Part shown: piece by piece, positions 32,216-40,457 of the stretch
Position numbering within the stretch: position 1 is the stretch's first letter
Layout: each line of letters starts with the position of its first letter
NCBI GenBank assembly: GCA_035647375.1
Contig: DASRNO010000081.1
Coordinates: forward strand, 8,618-72,617
Direction of reading: 5' to 3'
DNA: 64,000 nt
DNA from: Bacteroidaceae bacterium
GTDB lineage: Bacteria; Bacteroidota; Bacteroidia; Bacteroidales; Bacteroidaceae
Made by a program: the position numbers and the translations under genes
Notes under the pieces: model-generated
Told to the model about the DNA's origin: nothing
Databases searched by the model: none
The model's input: only the letters and a program-made list of their open reading frames with translations

Positions 32216-32941
32216 TCACTCTCCCGTTGGAGCATTTTGGACATTAACTTTCATAGCCTCAACCATCCTAGCATAAACCCTATTTAGCTCCTCGATTTGT
32301 TCTAACATTTTCTTAGTTTGGACATTAACTAAGTCAATATTATCCATTTGAGAACTTGCGCTACGAAGATGCATCTGATAGAAAGTATTCAGACTTATCA
32401 TGTTTCTGCCCAAAGCATCTATCTCTTCTGTATTACGCTCCATAAGCTCTGACTGCTTAGTAACCAAAATAAGCTTCTCCGTCAAATTACGAACCTGATC
32501 AATATACTCCTGAGTAATTGTCTCTACATCAACAATATCAAGTTTTTCAGTACTAAGCCGTGATTTTACGGTTAAATCTTGAACCTGGGTCTCTATAATA
32601 TCGGTAAAATCGTTGCTTTCAGATGAAGAGGCAGGTACTCTCTTATTAATATAGCTACCTGAAGTACTAACTAGTACAGAGCTATTATCTTCATCTTTGC
32701 TGTTCCAATTCTGCATAAATGGACGTTCAAAACCAGAGATGAAAAAGACAAGAACCTCCGTACCCATACCAATAAACAGCATTAGATTGGCCCCTTCTAT
32801 GTGAGTAAGTTTAAAAAGAGCTCCAAGAATAACTATCGCTGCTCCCCAACTATATGAGTAATTCAGAATAGATTTTCCTCTCTTGCTCTCAAGAAAATCC
32901 TGAATTTTTACCAGTAAATTCTTTTTTTCAATATTTTTCAT
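32216..32941 (-). CDS. porL: Type IX secretion system motor protein PorL/GldL
   Basis: This is a 241 aa protein with two N-terminal TM helices. The second carries the conserved GMGTE glutamate, and a cytoplasmic coiled-coil tail follows. Confidence 0.9.
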   Translation of the reverse strand: MKNIEKKNLLVKIQDFLESKRGKSILNYSYSWGAAIVILGALFKLTHIEGANLMLFIGMGTEVLVFFISGFERPFMQNWNSKDEDNSSVLVSTSGSYINKRVPASSSESNDFTDIIETQVQDLTVKSRLSTEKLDIVDVETITQEYIDQVRNLTEKLILVTKQSELMERNTEEIDALGRNMISLNTFYQMHLRSASSQMDNIDLVNVQTKKMLEQIEELNRVYARMVEAMKVNVQNAPTGE

Positions 32942-32979
32942 ATTCTCTTTTTTTCAATATTTTACTATTTTACTAAAAT

Positions 32980-34446
32980 CTATCGACCTTTTTTCGTATC
33001 ACCAGGAACTCCTATATGAGTTCTTACACAACGAAAACCTATATAAGAACGCTGTTCGTTCTGATATTCGAAAGTTCTCCAAGCCGATTCGATAAATTTC
33101 TCTGGATCTTTCCATGAACCACCCCTAACTGTTTTTTTCTTCATGCTATAGGAATCTTCGATAGCAGCATTATACTTCAGCTCAGGATTAATATCATTCA
33201 TAAGAGAGATACCCGACTCTGTAAATGCTGTTGAAGTCCATTCAGCAACATTTCCGGCCATATCATACAAACCATAGCTATTGGGAGGATAAGAGCCCGT
33301 AATAGTTGTAATTAAACTTCCATCTTTAGTATAATTGCCTTTCTCGGGTTTGAAGTTAGCAAAAAAACAACCGTTTTCATCGCTTGGAGCCCCATTACCC
33401 CATGGAAATTTCCCTCCTTCAACTCCTCTTGCCGCAAACTCCCATTCAGCCTCAGTTGGAAGTCTGTATCTCTGTACATAACGGGCTTGTGCCCCCAATC
33501 CCAGAAGTAGATAATTGGTACGCCAAGCACAAAAAGCATTCGCCTGTTCCCAACTAACACCCACAACCGGATGGTCATTATAATTAGGATGATTAAAATA
33601 ATACCGCGCATAGGTCTCATTATTAGCATTAGAAAAATCATTAATCCAGCAAGTAGTATCAGGATAGACATTAACTATATAGGTGTTAATAAAATCATAA
33701 CTACCGGATAGAGGTCTATTAACAGTCTCTCTTACTATCCTTCCATTCGAATCAAAATAGGCAGTGTCTTTTGAAATAATTATAATATCTGAAGCGTCGA
33801 CAGACAAATCGGTGTTTTTAACTCTTTCAAGCGGATCGAGCCTGTTTTTTCTCAATGCTGCCTGTGTATAGTCAAATATTTCGTACCGATAATTCATCTG
33901 ACTTGCATCTAACATCTTCTCGCCGGTAAAAGAATTTTTAATAAAAACACTCTCTATAGCCCTAGCTTGATCTTCGTCAGGTTTACTCCAAGGAATAGGT
34001 TTTCCCCAATTGAGTCTGGGCTCAATTGGTTCTCCAAATTTATCCTCGGTAATAATGAAAGATTCATCTCCGCCATATGCGGGATCGGCAAGACGCTCCC
34101 TTATTATAGAGTCTCTTACCCAATTTACAAATTGACGATAGATGGCATTTGAAATCTCTTTCTCATCCATCCAAAAGGATTCTACAGATATCTCTCTCGA
34201 AGTGGAAATAATACCCCATAGAGAATCTACACCATCATCTCCAATTGTAATAGAGCCCCGTTTAATAAGTTTCATCCTATAGGGAGCGGGCTCCTTAATA
34301 GGTGTTGCTCGTATTCCAATAACCTCGCCACCGGACATAACAGTGCTTCCACTACCCATGCACGCCGGAAAAAAAAGCGTCATTAACGCTATTCCCAAAA
34401 AAAACAAGCTATTATAACGTCTCATTGATCTCTTTATTCTTATCAT
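32980..34446 (-). CDS. porK: Type IX secretion system ring lipoprotein PorK/GldK (FGE-sulfatase fold)
   Basis: This is a 488 aa protein with a lipobox (FFPACMG). It has formylglycine-generating-enzyme-like motifs (HPVVGVSWEQANAFCAWR, RLPTEAEWEFAARG, VRGGSW). Confidence 0.92.
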   Translation of the reverse strand: MIRIKRSMRRYNSLFFLGIALMTLFFPACMGSGSTVMSGGEVIGIRATPIKEPAPYRMKLIKRGSITIGDDGVDSLWGIISTSREISVESFWMDEKEISNAIYRQFVNWVRDSIIRERLADPAYGGDESFIITEDKFGEPIEPRLNWGKPIPWSKPDEDQARAIESVFIKNSFTGEKMLDASQMNYRYEIFDYTQAALRKNRLDPLERVKNTDLSVDASDIIIISKDTAYFDSNGRIVRETVNRPLSGSYDFINTYIVNVYPDTTCWINDFSNANNETYARYYFNHPNYNDHPVVGVSWEQANAFCAWRTNYLLLGLGAQARYVQRYRLPTEAEWEFAARGVEGGKFPWGNGAPSDENGCFFANFKPEKGNYTKDGSLITTITGSYPPNSYGLYDMAGNVAEWTSTAFTESGISLMNDINPELKYNAAIEDSYSMKKKTVRGGSWKDPEKFIESAWRTFEYQNEQRSYIGFRCVRTHIGVPGDTKKGR

Positions 34447-35399
34447 AAGTATCTCACACTTTTATGTGTATTCTTACCTTTTTTGAAAAAATCTACCTCT
34501 TTTGAGTAACCCACAAATAGGTCATGGCTCCCATTCAAATAACCAATTCCCGATGTATACAGTTCATACGCATAACCAACTCTAACCTTACCTACATCCC
34601 CCCCTATAAGGAATGTAATAGAGGTTTTTGGAGAGTGGGAAAGCCCACAATAAAAACGGTTTCCTCCATATTGATAAGTACTCCTCAATGTTAAGTCTAT
34701 ACGCCTGGAATCAAGATCTGTCATCACCAAAAAGCATGGTTGCAAGGATAATAACGGATTTTTCAACTGTATATTGCATCCTCCAGAAAAATATAAAGCA
34801 GGAACAATCTTCATTCTTGCAACTGCTCTCGACTCTTTCTCATAATAGACAACAGGCGTTCCTATATGCATAGCCGATACTCCAACATAGCTGTTTTTGA
34901 GCATATAATAGAGCCCCGCTCCAAAATCTACAACATCTCCATCGTTAGTACCAATAGGAAAAGCTGGATCGTTCTGCTCCACAACACTCAGATCTTGAGA
35001 TTTAAAAGATTCACTTAAAAACCCAGTCTGTATACCAATATTCAGACTCCCCTTTTTTATATTGATCTTATAGGCATAATTAATATATAGTCTAGTGTGA
35101 AGAAATAGACCCGCACTTTCGTTAAGAAATACCACCCCTCCAGAATGAGCCTTATCCCCATATGGCAGTAGAGTGTTGACACCAAAAAACATAGATTGCG
35201 GAGCTCTTGTGTAGCCTGCCATTTTCAAACCAAACGAACCTGTAAAATTCATAAATTCGTTTTTATTCATAGCGGCCGGATTATAGAGATTGTCTACCTC
35301 CCAGTGATGGGCAAAGTACGTTTCCGTCTGAGCACCGACAAAACAAACCGGAACCAACGGAACAACAAAGCAAAATATTAAGCTACGTATACGTCTCAC
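34443..35399 (-). CDS. porP: Type IX secretion system membrane protein PorP/SprF family
   Basis: This is a 318 aa protein with a signal peptide. The N-terminal motif WEVDNLYNPAAM is typical of PorP/SprF beta-barrels. A 4-nt ATGA overlap couples it to porK. Confidence 0.88.
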   Translation of the reverse strand: MRRIRSLIFCFVVPLVPVCFVGAQTETYFAHHWEVDNLYNPAAMNKNEFMNFTGSFGLKMAGYTRAPQSMFFGVNTLLPYGDKAHSGGVVFLNESAGLFLHTRLYINYAYKINIKKGSLNIGIQTGFLSESFKSQDLSVVEQNDPAFPIGTNDGDVVDFGAGLYYMLKNSYVGVSAMHIGTPVVYYEKESRAVARMKIVPALYFSGGCNIQLKNPLLSLQPCFLVMTDLDSRRIDLTLRSTYQYGGNRFYCGLSHSPKTSITFLIGGDVGKVRVGYAYELYTSGIGYLNGSHDLFVGYSKEVDFFKKGKNTHKSVRYL

Positions 35400-35495
35400 A
35401 AAAGAATAACGTATTTTAAACGTTGTTTAGTATTATAGCTACTCATCTAGAGTGATATTATTATATCTGTCTATCCAATATGTTTCCTCTTTGAT

Positions 35496-35535
35496 AAGTA
35501 ACGGATGAACAAATTATTATGTTCATCCGTTACTT
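35496..35535 (-). other. 15-bp perfect inverted repeat (AAGTAACGGATGAAC / GTTCATCCGTTACTT, 10-nt loop) between the DUF2795 gene and porP
   Basis: Read directly from the sequence. No U-tract follows on either strand, so it is not a canonical intrinsic terminator. Confidence 0.6.
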
Positions 35536-35579
35536 AAATTATCTAGAACACAAAATTATACTATAAAAAAATAGTACAA

Positions 35580-35801
35580 TTAATATTCCTCTTCATCAAA
35601 AAAGAAATCTTCCTTACTAGGATAATCTGGCCAGATATCCTCAATACTTTCATATACATCACCCTCATCTTCAATTTCCTGAAGATTCTCAATTACCTCT
35701 AACGGCGCACCGGAACGAACTGCATAATCAATCAGTTCATCCTTAGTAGCCGGCCAAGGAGCGTCTTCCAATTTCGACGCTAATTCCAATGTCCAATACA
35801 T
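35580..35801 (-). CDS. DUF2795-like small acidic protein
   Basis: This is a 73 aa protein (PWPATKDELIDYAVRSGAPLEVIENL) with an acidic tail (FFFDEEEY). Confidence 0.65.
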   Translation of the reverse strand: MYWTLELASKLEDAPWPATKDELIDYAVRSGAPLEVIENLQEIEDEGDVYESIEDIWPDYPSKEDFFFDEEEY

Positions 35802-35880
35802 AGATCAGTCTTTTAAAAACAATCTTGTGTTAATAACTCTTTTTTGGGCAATTGAAAACAATTACCCAACTATTCGACCG

Positions 35881-35888
35881 CAAAAGTA
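35881..35888 (-). promoter_or_regulatory. -7 box TACTTTTG upstream of the DUF2795 gene
   Basis: Exact TAnnTTTG match on the reverse strand, about 80 nt upstream of the ATG at 35801. Confidence 0.4.
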
Positions 35889-35899
35889 AAAAAAAGTTG

Positions 35900-36463
35900 T
35901 TACTCGCAATCATTTTGCCAGAAAATTTCAGATGAACCTGTTAAATAATTTAAACGCCGAGAGAGAACAAATAAATAATCTGACAATCTATTCATAAAAG
36001 GAATAAGGTTTTTATCTAATATCTGAGACTCTCCAAGCTTAAGAACAACCCTTTCAGAACGTCTGCAAACAGTTCGAGCTATATGGCAAACAGCTGCAGC
36101 TCTATTACCACCCGGCAGAATGAAAGAGTTGTGTTCTGGTAATTCTTCCTCTATCTGGTCTATCATAGACTCAAGCGCAATAACATCATTTTCTGTCATG
36201 TTATAAGAGTCTGGCAATTTAGTAGTTGTAGTGTCTGTAGCAAGATTACCACCAACAGAAAACAGTTTATTCTGAATCCATCGCACATTTTTCAAATCAG
36301 ATGAGTTATCAAGATAGGTAGTTAACAGACCCAGCAACGAATTCATCTCGTCAATAGATCCATAAGCTTCTAATCTAAGATCTGTCTTTCTAACTCTTTT
36401 TCCTCCAACCAAACTAGTTGTACCATCATCGCCGGTTTTAGTATACACTTTTAATTTGTTCAT
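35900..36463 (-). CDS. pduO: ATP:cob(I)alamin adenosyltransferase, PduO type
   Basis: This is a 187 aa protein with the N-terminal signature YTKTGDDGTTSLVGG and a helical-bundle remainder. Confidence 0.88.
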   Translation of the reverse strand: MNKLKVYTKTGDDGTTSLVGGKRVRKTDLRLEAYGSIDEMNSLLGLLTTYLDNSSDLKNVRWIQNKLFSVGGNLATDTTTTKLPDSYNMTENDVIALESMIDQIEEELPEHNSFILPGGNRAAAVCHIARTVCRRSERVVLKLGESQILDKNLIPFMNRLSDYLFVLSRRLNYLTGSSEIFWQNDCE

Positions 36464-37125
36464 AACAAGTAATTTTGTTTATATCTCTTAAAATCAAAAA
36501 ATAAAAGCCCAATTCCATTATACTCAAAAGTTACACCAACACGGTCATCCTTAATTAATTCTTCCCACCAAGCTGTTCTAGGTTTACTATCAACGCTCTC
36601 TACAACAATAAGAGTAGTAGGTGTAGCCATAGATATAAGAGTCTCAACAACCTCACAGAACTTATCTGTATGAGCTACATGAACAAATTCAATAGCACCA
36701 TAATGTTGAAAAAAATTGTTGATAATTGCCTGATAACTTCCGAATAGGGGCTTTACATTTGTAAATGGCGAGAGAAAACATTTCACCTCACTCTGTTTAT
36801 CATGGGGTATATCGATTGTAACACACGGTGCACTCTTCTTTGCTACAGAAAGATACACTGCACTTACCCCTGATCCAGTCCCAATTTCCAAAATCGAAGA
36901 TGGAGAGAAATAATTTACCATCCTAAAGAGAAGACGATTTATCTTATTGCTATATCTCGGCAAATTTGCATAAGATCTTTCCGAAATATCTTCCAATTCG
37001 TTATAAGCATAATAAGTAGATTTTTCCATTATCAAAGAGGTTATAATATCATAAGCCCATGGCGAATGAACTCCAAAGCCATATCTTGTCTTTAATCTAC
37101 TATATATATTGTTCAGTCTACACAT
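36460..37125 (-). CDS. Class I SAM-dependent methyltransferase, substrate unknown
   Basis: This is a 221 aa protein with SAM-binding motif I (ILEIGTGSGVSAVYL). A 4-nt ATGA overlap couples it to pduO downstream, and the upstream DUF3108 stop is 1 nt away. Confidence 0.75.
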   Translation of the reverse strand: MCRLNNIYSRLKTRYGFGVHSPWAYDIITSLIMEKSTYYAYNELEDISERSYANLPRYSNKINRLLFRMVNYFSPSSILEIGTGSGVSAVYLSVAKKSAPCVTIDIPHDKQSEVKCFLSPFTNVKPLFGSYQAIINNFFQHYGAIEFVHVAHTDKFCEVVETLISMATPTTLIVVESVDSKPRTAWWEELIKDDRVGVTFEYNGIGLLFFDFKRYKQNYLL

Positions 37126-37126
37126 A

Positions 37127-37876
37127 TCATTTATTATAACTCGTCAACAACACCCTGATTTTTCCCATACCCAGCTTCAAGTCAAGCTGAACCGGAATAT
37201 GAAGAGAATCGGATGTAACCAGTACTCTTAGCGTCTCCCTCTCTTCCCCATATTTATAATCTCTGACTGAGAGAGCCAGGCAATCATATTTTTTACCATT
37301 AGCCGCTTTTACGCTCTCCATGCCCTCATAAACTATGTGTTGCTCGACAACCTGTAATCCATTAACCATGGGAATCTGCAAAGAGTGTCCAGGAGATACT
37401 CCCTTAGAGCTCATATTTCTGGTATATCTAAGCATACTTAGCATATCGTAAATTTTATCATCCGAAAAAGCAGTTGAGCTACCGATTAAAATCCCTTTGG
37501 AGTAACTCTTCAAGACTACAGAATATGTATTATACGAATTATCAAACTCTGCAATCTCTACATTGCATTTACCTCCCTCGTTAATACTTTTTGTATATAA
37601 CAAAGGCATTCCTGACAATGTGCTGTAAGAGGTTATCGTGTCTCTAAGAAAAAAAACTCTATCTGCTCGTTTATCCGTTGTCATAATCATTCTGGACATA
37701 ACAGCACTAACATCTTCCAACTCTACCTTAGATTCTGATAAAGTACTCTCGCCTACTTGAACATTTAAAAATCCTATAGATAGATAGACTTTGTAGGTAA
37801 TCTTCTCTGCATATATCAAATATGGAGAAAACAGCATATACAGAGATACCACCAGAGCGAGAGGCTTAATTGACAT
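37127..37876 (-). CDS. DUF3108-like secreted protein
   Basis: The signal peptide is MSIKPLALVVSLYMLFSPYLIYA, and the body is beta-rich. The start is trimmed to the ATG at 37876, because the longer track ORF (to 38014) reads through tRNA-Leu. Confidence 0.6.
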   Translation of the reverse strand: MSIKPLALVVSLYMLFSPYLIYAEKITYKVYLSIGFLNVQVGESTLSESKVELEDVSAVMSRMIMTTDKRADRVFFLRDTITSYSTLSGMPLLYTKSINEGGKCNVEIAEFDNSYNTYSVVLKSYSKGILIGSSTAFSDDKIYDMLSMLRYTRNMSSKGVSPGHSLQIPMVNGLQVVEQHIVYEGMESVKAANGKKYDCLALSVRDYKYGEERETLRVLVTSDSLHIPVQLDLKLGMGKIRVLLTSYNK

Positions 37877-37970
37877 ATATTCCGGATTAAGAGTTATATT
37901 TTTAAGAAATAACACCGAAAATATAAAAATTCCTCTTATCCAACAACAAACATAAATAAATAGACTAAAG

Positions 37971-38056
37971 TACTCGAAGCGGGACTTGAACCCGCACAGC
38001 CGATAAAAGGCCAAGGGATTTTAAGTCCCTCGTGTCTACCATTCCACCATTCGAGC
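37971..38056 (-). tRNA. tRNA-Leu (anticodon TAA), class II with long variable arm
   Basis: Hand fold: acceptor GCTCGAA/TTCGAGT (G1-U72 wobble), anticodon stem-loop AGGGA-CTTAAAA-TCCCT, T-arm GCGGG-TTCAAGT-CCCGC. Confidence 0.85.
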
Positions 38057-38066
38057 AGATCAGGCG

Positions 38067-38074
38067 CAAAGATA
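38067..38074 (-). promoter_or_regulatory. -7 box TATCTTTG with a -33 TTTG 19 nt upstream; tRNA-Leu promoter
   Basis: The reverse strand reads TTTG-N19-TATCTTTG, ending about 10 nt before the mature tRNA 5' end. Confidence 0.55.
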
Positions 38075-38109
38075 TATTGTTTTATTATTTCCTCAAAACA
38101 AAATAAAGT

Positions 38110-38676
38110 TTAGTTTGCTACTATAACCATAGAACCGTTAATTGTTACAGGATAGCGAAACAAAGGAGGATATTTCTCTTTCTCGGAGTAAATTACATAT
38201 CCATTATTGTTTAGATCGTATTGGGTTTTACAGCTACCACATGTGGCTATTCCCGTATTGTCAACAGAGAGTCGATATTTGGCGTTTTCACATATTGGAC
38301 ATGCTAAATCGTAAGCCCAAAGCTCACTGTTAAAATTGTCAAGCTGAGGTGTACCTATTATCAAACCTCCCAGTCCCAACCTAAAGTTCACCTTCTCTGT
38401 TTCTGAAAGAGGGAAATCGGATTTAACTCCGGTATTAGATGACATTTTCAACTGATCTATGGATTTATACACTGAGACAAAAAAACCAGAATTTTTCGAT
38501 AAAGATAGGGGAGATAAATTTAGACTATAATAAAAATTTACCCTGTATTTTGTAGAATAGACTGAATAAGATTCACCACATGTTACATTAAAAAAAATCA
38601 GCAATAATAAGATAAGAGCCAGCTCTATTGTAGATACAATTTTTGTTCGCTTTGATCTATATGGTTCTTTTCTCAT
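38110..38676 (-). CDS. Hypothetical lipoprotein with a C-terminal CxxC-x16-CxxC (Rieske-like spacing, all-Cys) domain
   Basis: This is a 188 aa protein with a lipobox (FFNVTCG). The C-terminal sequence is ACPICENAKYRLSVDNTGIATCGSCKTQYDL...LFRYPVTINGSMVIVAN. It lies 9 nt downstream of argH. Confidence 0.6.
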   Translation of the reverse strand: MRKEPYRSKRTKIVSTIELALILLLLIFFNVTCGESYSVYSTKYRVNFYYSLNLSPLSLSKNSGFFVSVYKSIDQLKMSSNTGVKSDFPLSETEKVNFRLGLGGLIIGTPQLDNFNSELWAYDLACPICENAKYRLSVDNTGIATCGSCKTQYDLNNNGYVIYSEKEKYPPLFRYPVTINGSMVIVAN

Positions 38677-38685
38677 TTCATATAC

Positions 38686-40035
38686 TTAACACTCCATACT
38701 ATCATTCAGCAATCTTTTTAAGGCTCTATCTACCTCCTCAAAAGGAAAAGTGGAAATTATATTTTTCATTCTATTTACTATACTTTCGTTACAAAGATTA
38801 CCCACACTCCCCTGATGAGTATGGTGAATATTTTTCTCCGCTATAAACTCTCCATTCTCTATCAACTTTGCCACTTTCTTGTACGCATCTCTGAAAGGCA
38901 CACCCTCAAGAACCAAACGATTCACACTCTCTACGCTAAAAACCAAATCGTATTTAGAATCTTCTATCAGCCTCTTATTTATAGCAACCCGCTCCATCAT
39001 ATATATTGTCATATTAAGACAATCCTCCATTTCAAGCAATGCGGGAAGAAAAATTTCTTTGAGTAGCTGCATATCACGAAAATAACCGCTTGGTAAATTG
39101 TTGGAAATTAAAGTTATTTGCTGAGGAACAGCTTGAATTCTGTTACATTTAGCCCTAGTTAACTCAAAGACATCGGGGTTTTTTTTGTGTGGCATTATAC
39201 TAGATCCTGTAGTACAATCATCCGGAAGAGTTATAAAACCAAAATTCTGACTGTTATAAAGGCAAACATCATAAGCCAGTTTAGAGATAGTACCGGCAAT
39301 TGATGCTAATGCAAAACCTGTATTCCGTTCCGTTTTTCCACGGGTCATCTGTGCATAAACAACATTATAATTCATCGACTCAAAACCCAACAAATCTGTA
39401 GTCATTTGTCTATTCAACGGAAATGAACTTCCATAACCTGCAGCCGACCCCAATGGATTACGATTACACATATCATAAGCTGCCTTTAGGAATAACATAT
39501 CATCCACAAGACTTTCAGCATAAGCTCCAAACCATAACCCAAAGGAGGATGGCATGGCTATCTGAAAATGAGTATAACCGGGCAAAAAGAGATCCTTATT
39601 CCTATTGCTTTGCTCTATCAATACGTTAAAAAGTCTATTTACCAACTCTACAATCACTCTTAATTTTTCTCTTGTAAACAGCTTCAAATCAAGTAATATT
39701 TGATCATTCCTAGAACGTCCGCTATGAATTTTTTTACCCATATCACCAAAAGAACGAGTCAGGATAAGTTCCACTTGAGAGTGAACATCTTCAACTCCAT
39801 CTTCTATCTCAAATTGTCCATTTAATGCCTGCTTAAAAATATCTCTCAATCCTTTTGATAACTTCTTATACTCACTCTCACTCAACAACCCAACAGAGCA
39901 AAGCATATTTATATGAGCCAACGATCCTGCCACATCATGTTTTACCAACAAAAGATCCATCTCTTTATCTTTACCCACAGTGAACTTTTGTATCAATTCA
40001 TTAATTGGTTTACCCTTATCCCAAATAGGTTTCAT
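38686..40035 (-). CDS. argH: Argininosuccinate lyase
   Basis: This is a 449 aa protein with the fumarate-lyase signature GSSIMPHKKNPD. Confidence 0.96.
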   Translation of the reverse strand: MKPIWDKGKPINELIQKFTVGKDKEMDLLLVKHDVAGSLAHINMLCSVGLLSESEYKKLSKGLRDIFKQALNGQFEIEDGVEDVHSQVELILTRSFGDMGKKIHSGRSRNDQILLDLKLFTREKLRVIVELVNRLFNVLIEQSNRNKDLFLPGYTHFQIAMPSSFGLWFGAYAESLVDDMLFLKAAYDMCNRNPLGSAAGYGSSFPLNRQMTTDLLGFESMNYNVVYAQMTRGKTERNTGFALASIAGTISKLAYDVCLYNSQNFGFITLPDDCTTGSSIMPHKKNPDVFELTRAKCNRIQAVPQQITLISNNLPSGYFRDMQLLKEIFLPALLEMEDCLNMTIYMMERVAINKRLIEDSKYDLVFSVESVNRLVLEGVPFRDAYKKVAKLIENGEFIAEKNIHHTHQGSVGNLCNESIVNRMKNIISTFPFEEVDRALKRLLNDSMEC

Positions 40036-40040
40036 TTTAA

Positions 40041-40457
40041 CTACTGTATTGTATTATAAGGAATTTGCGCTAAAACTTGAGCTAATTTTTCAACCCCCTC
40101 TTTTAGAGGTTTACGTATCATGCCTGCCATAATCATATTAATATCGGCCGAAATTGACAGAGTCAAAGTTGAGGAGAATTCATCAACCTGTTCTATCAAA
40201 ACTGCAAGAGACAATGGAATAAAAGAGTTATCTGATACAAATTTTATTTCTCTTTCAGGCTCTTTTTCAACTATGCGAAATATAACAACACCCACTCCGG
40301 GGATTGAAAAACTGACGGTTTCATCAGTATATTCCAAATTGTTAATCTCATTTTCAGCAAACCTGTTAACCACTATTTCCAGATTATTCAAATCTGAAAG
40401 CACCCTATATACCATCTCTTGTGGATGTGGAATATTTTTTACGCTATTTTCTGTCAT
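40041..40457 (-). CDS. SRPBCC-fold (START/Bet v1-like) small protein
   Basis: This is a protein of about 138 aa located between pyrE and argH. The start is placed at the ATG at 40457 (MTENSVKNIP...), which overlaps the pyrE stop by 14 nt. The fold assignment is from sequence pattern only. Confidence 0.5.
   Translation of the reverse strand: MTENSVKNIPHPQEMVYRVLSDLNNLEIVVNRFAENEINNLEYTDETVSFSIPGVGVVIFRIVEKEPEREIKFVSDNSFIPLSLAVLIEQVDEFSSTLTLSISADINMIMAGMIRKPLKEGVEKLAQVLAQIPYNTIQ

Noticed and set aside
33312-33671. A 119-aa same-strand, alternative-frame ORF lies inside porK.
   Set aside because: It is fully embedded in the conserved FGE-like domain of PorK. Its sequence is hydrophobic and low-complexity (ILILLAGLMIFLMLIM...), typical of an off-frame artefact.
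36464-37125. A cobalamin riboswitch might lie upstream of the PduO-type adenosyltransferase.
   Set aside because: pduO overlaps the preceding methyltransferase gene, and the operon has essentially no leader. It begins about 95 nt after tRNA-Leu, so there is no room for a B12 element of roughly 200 nt.
37877-38014. The track ORF 37127..38014 has a 46-codon N-terminal extension.
   Set aside because: The extension reads straight through the tRNA-Leu gene (37971-38056). The internal ATG at 37876 is followed by a proper signal peptide.
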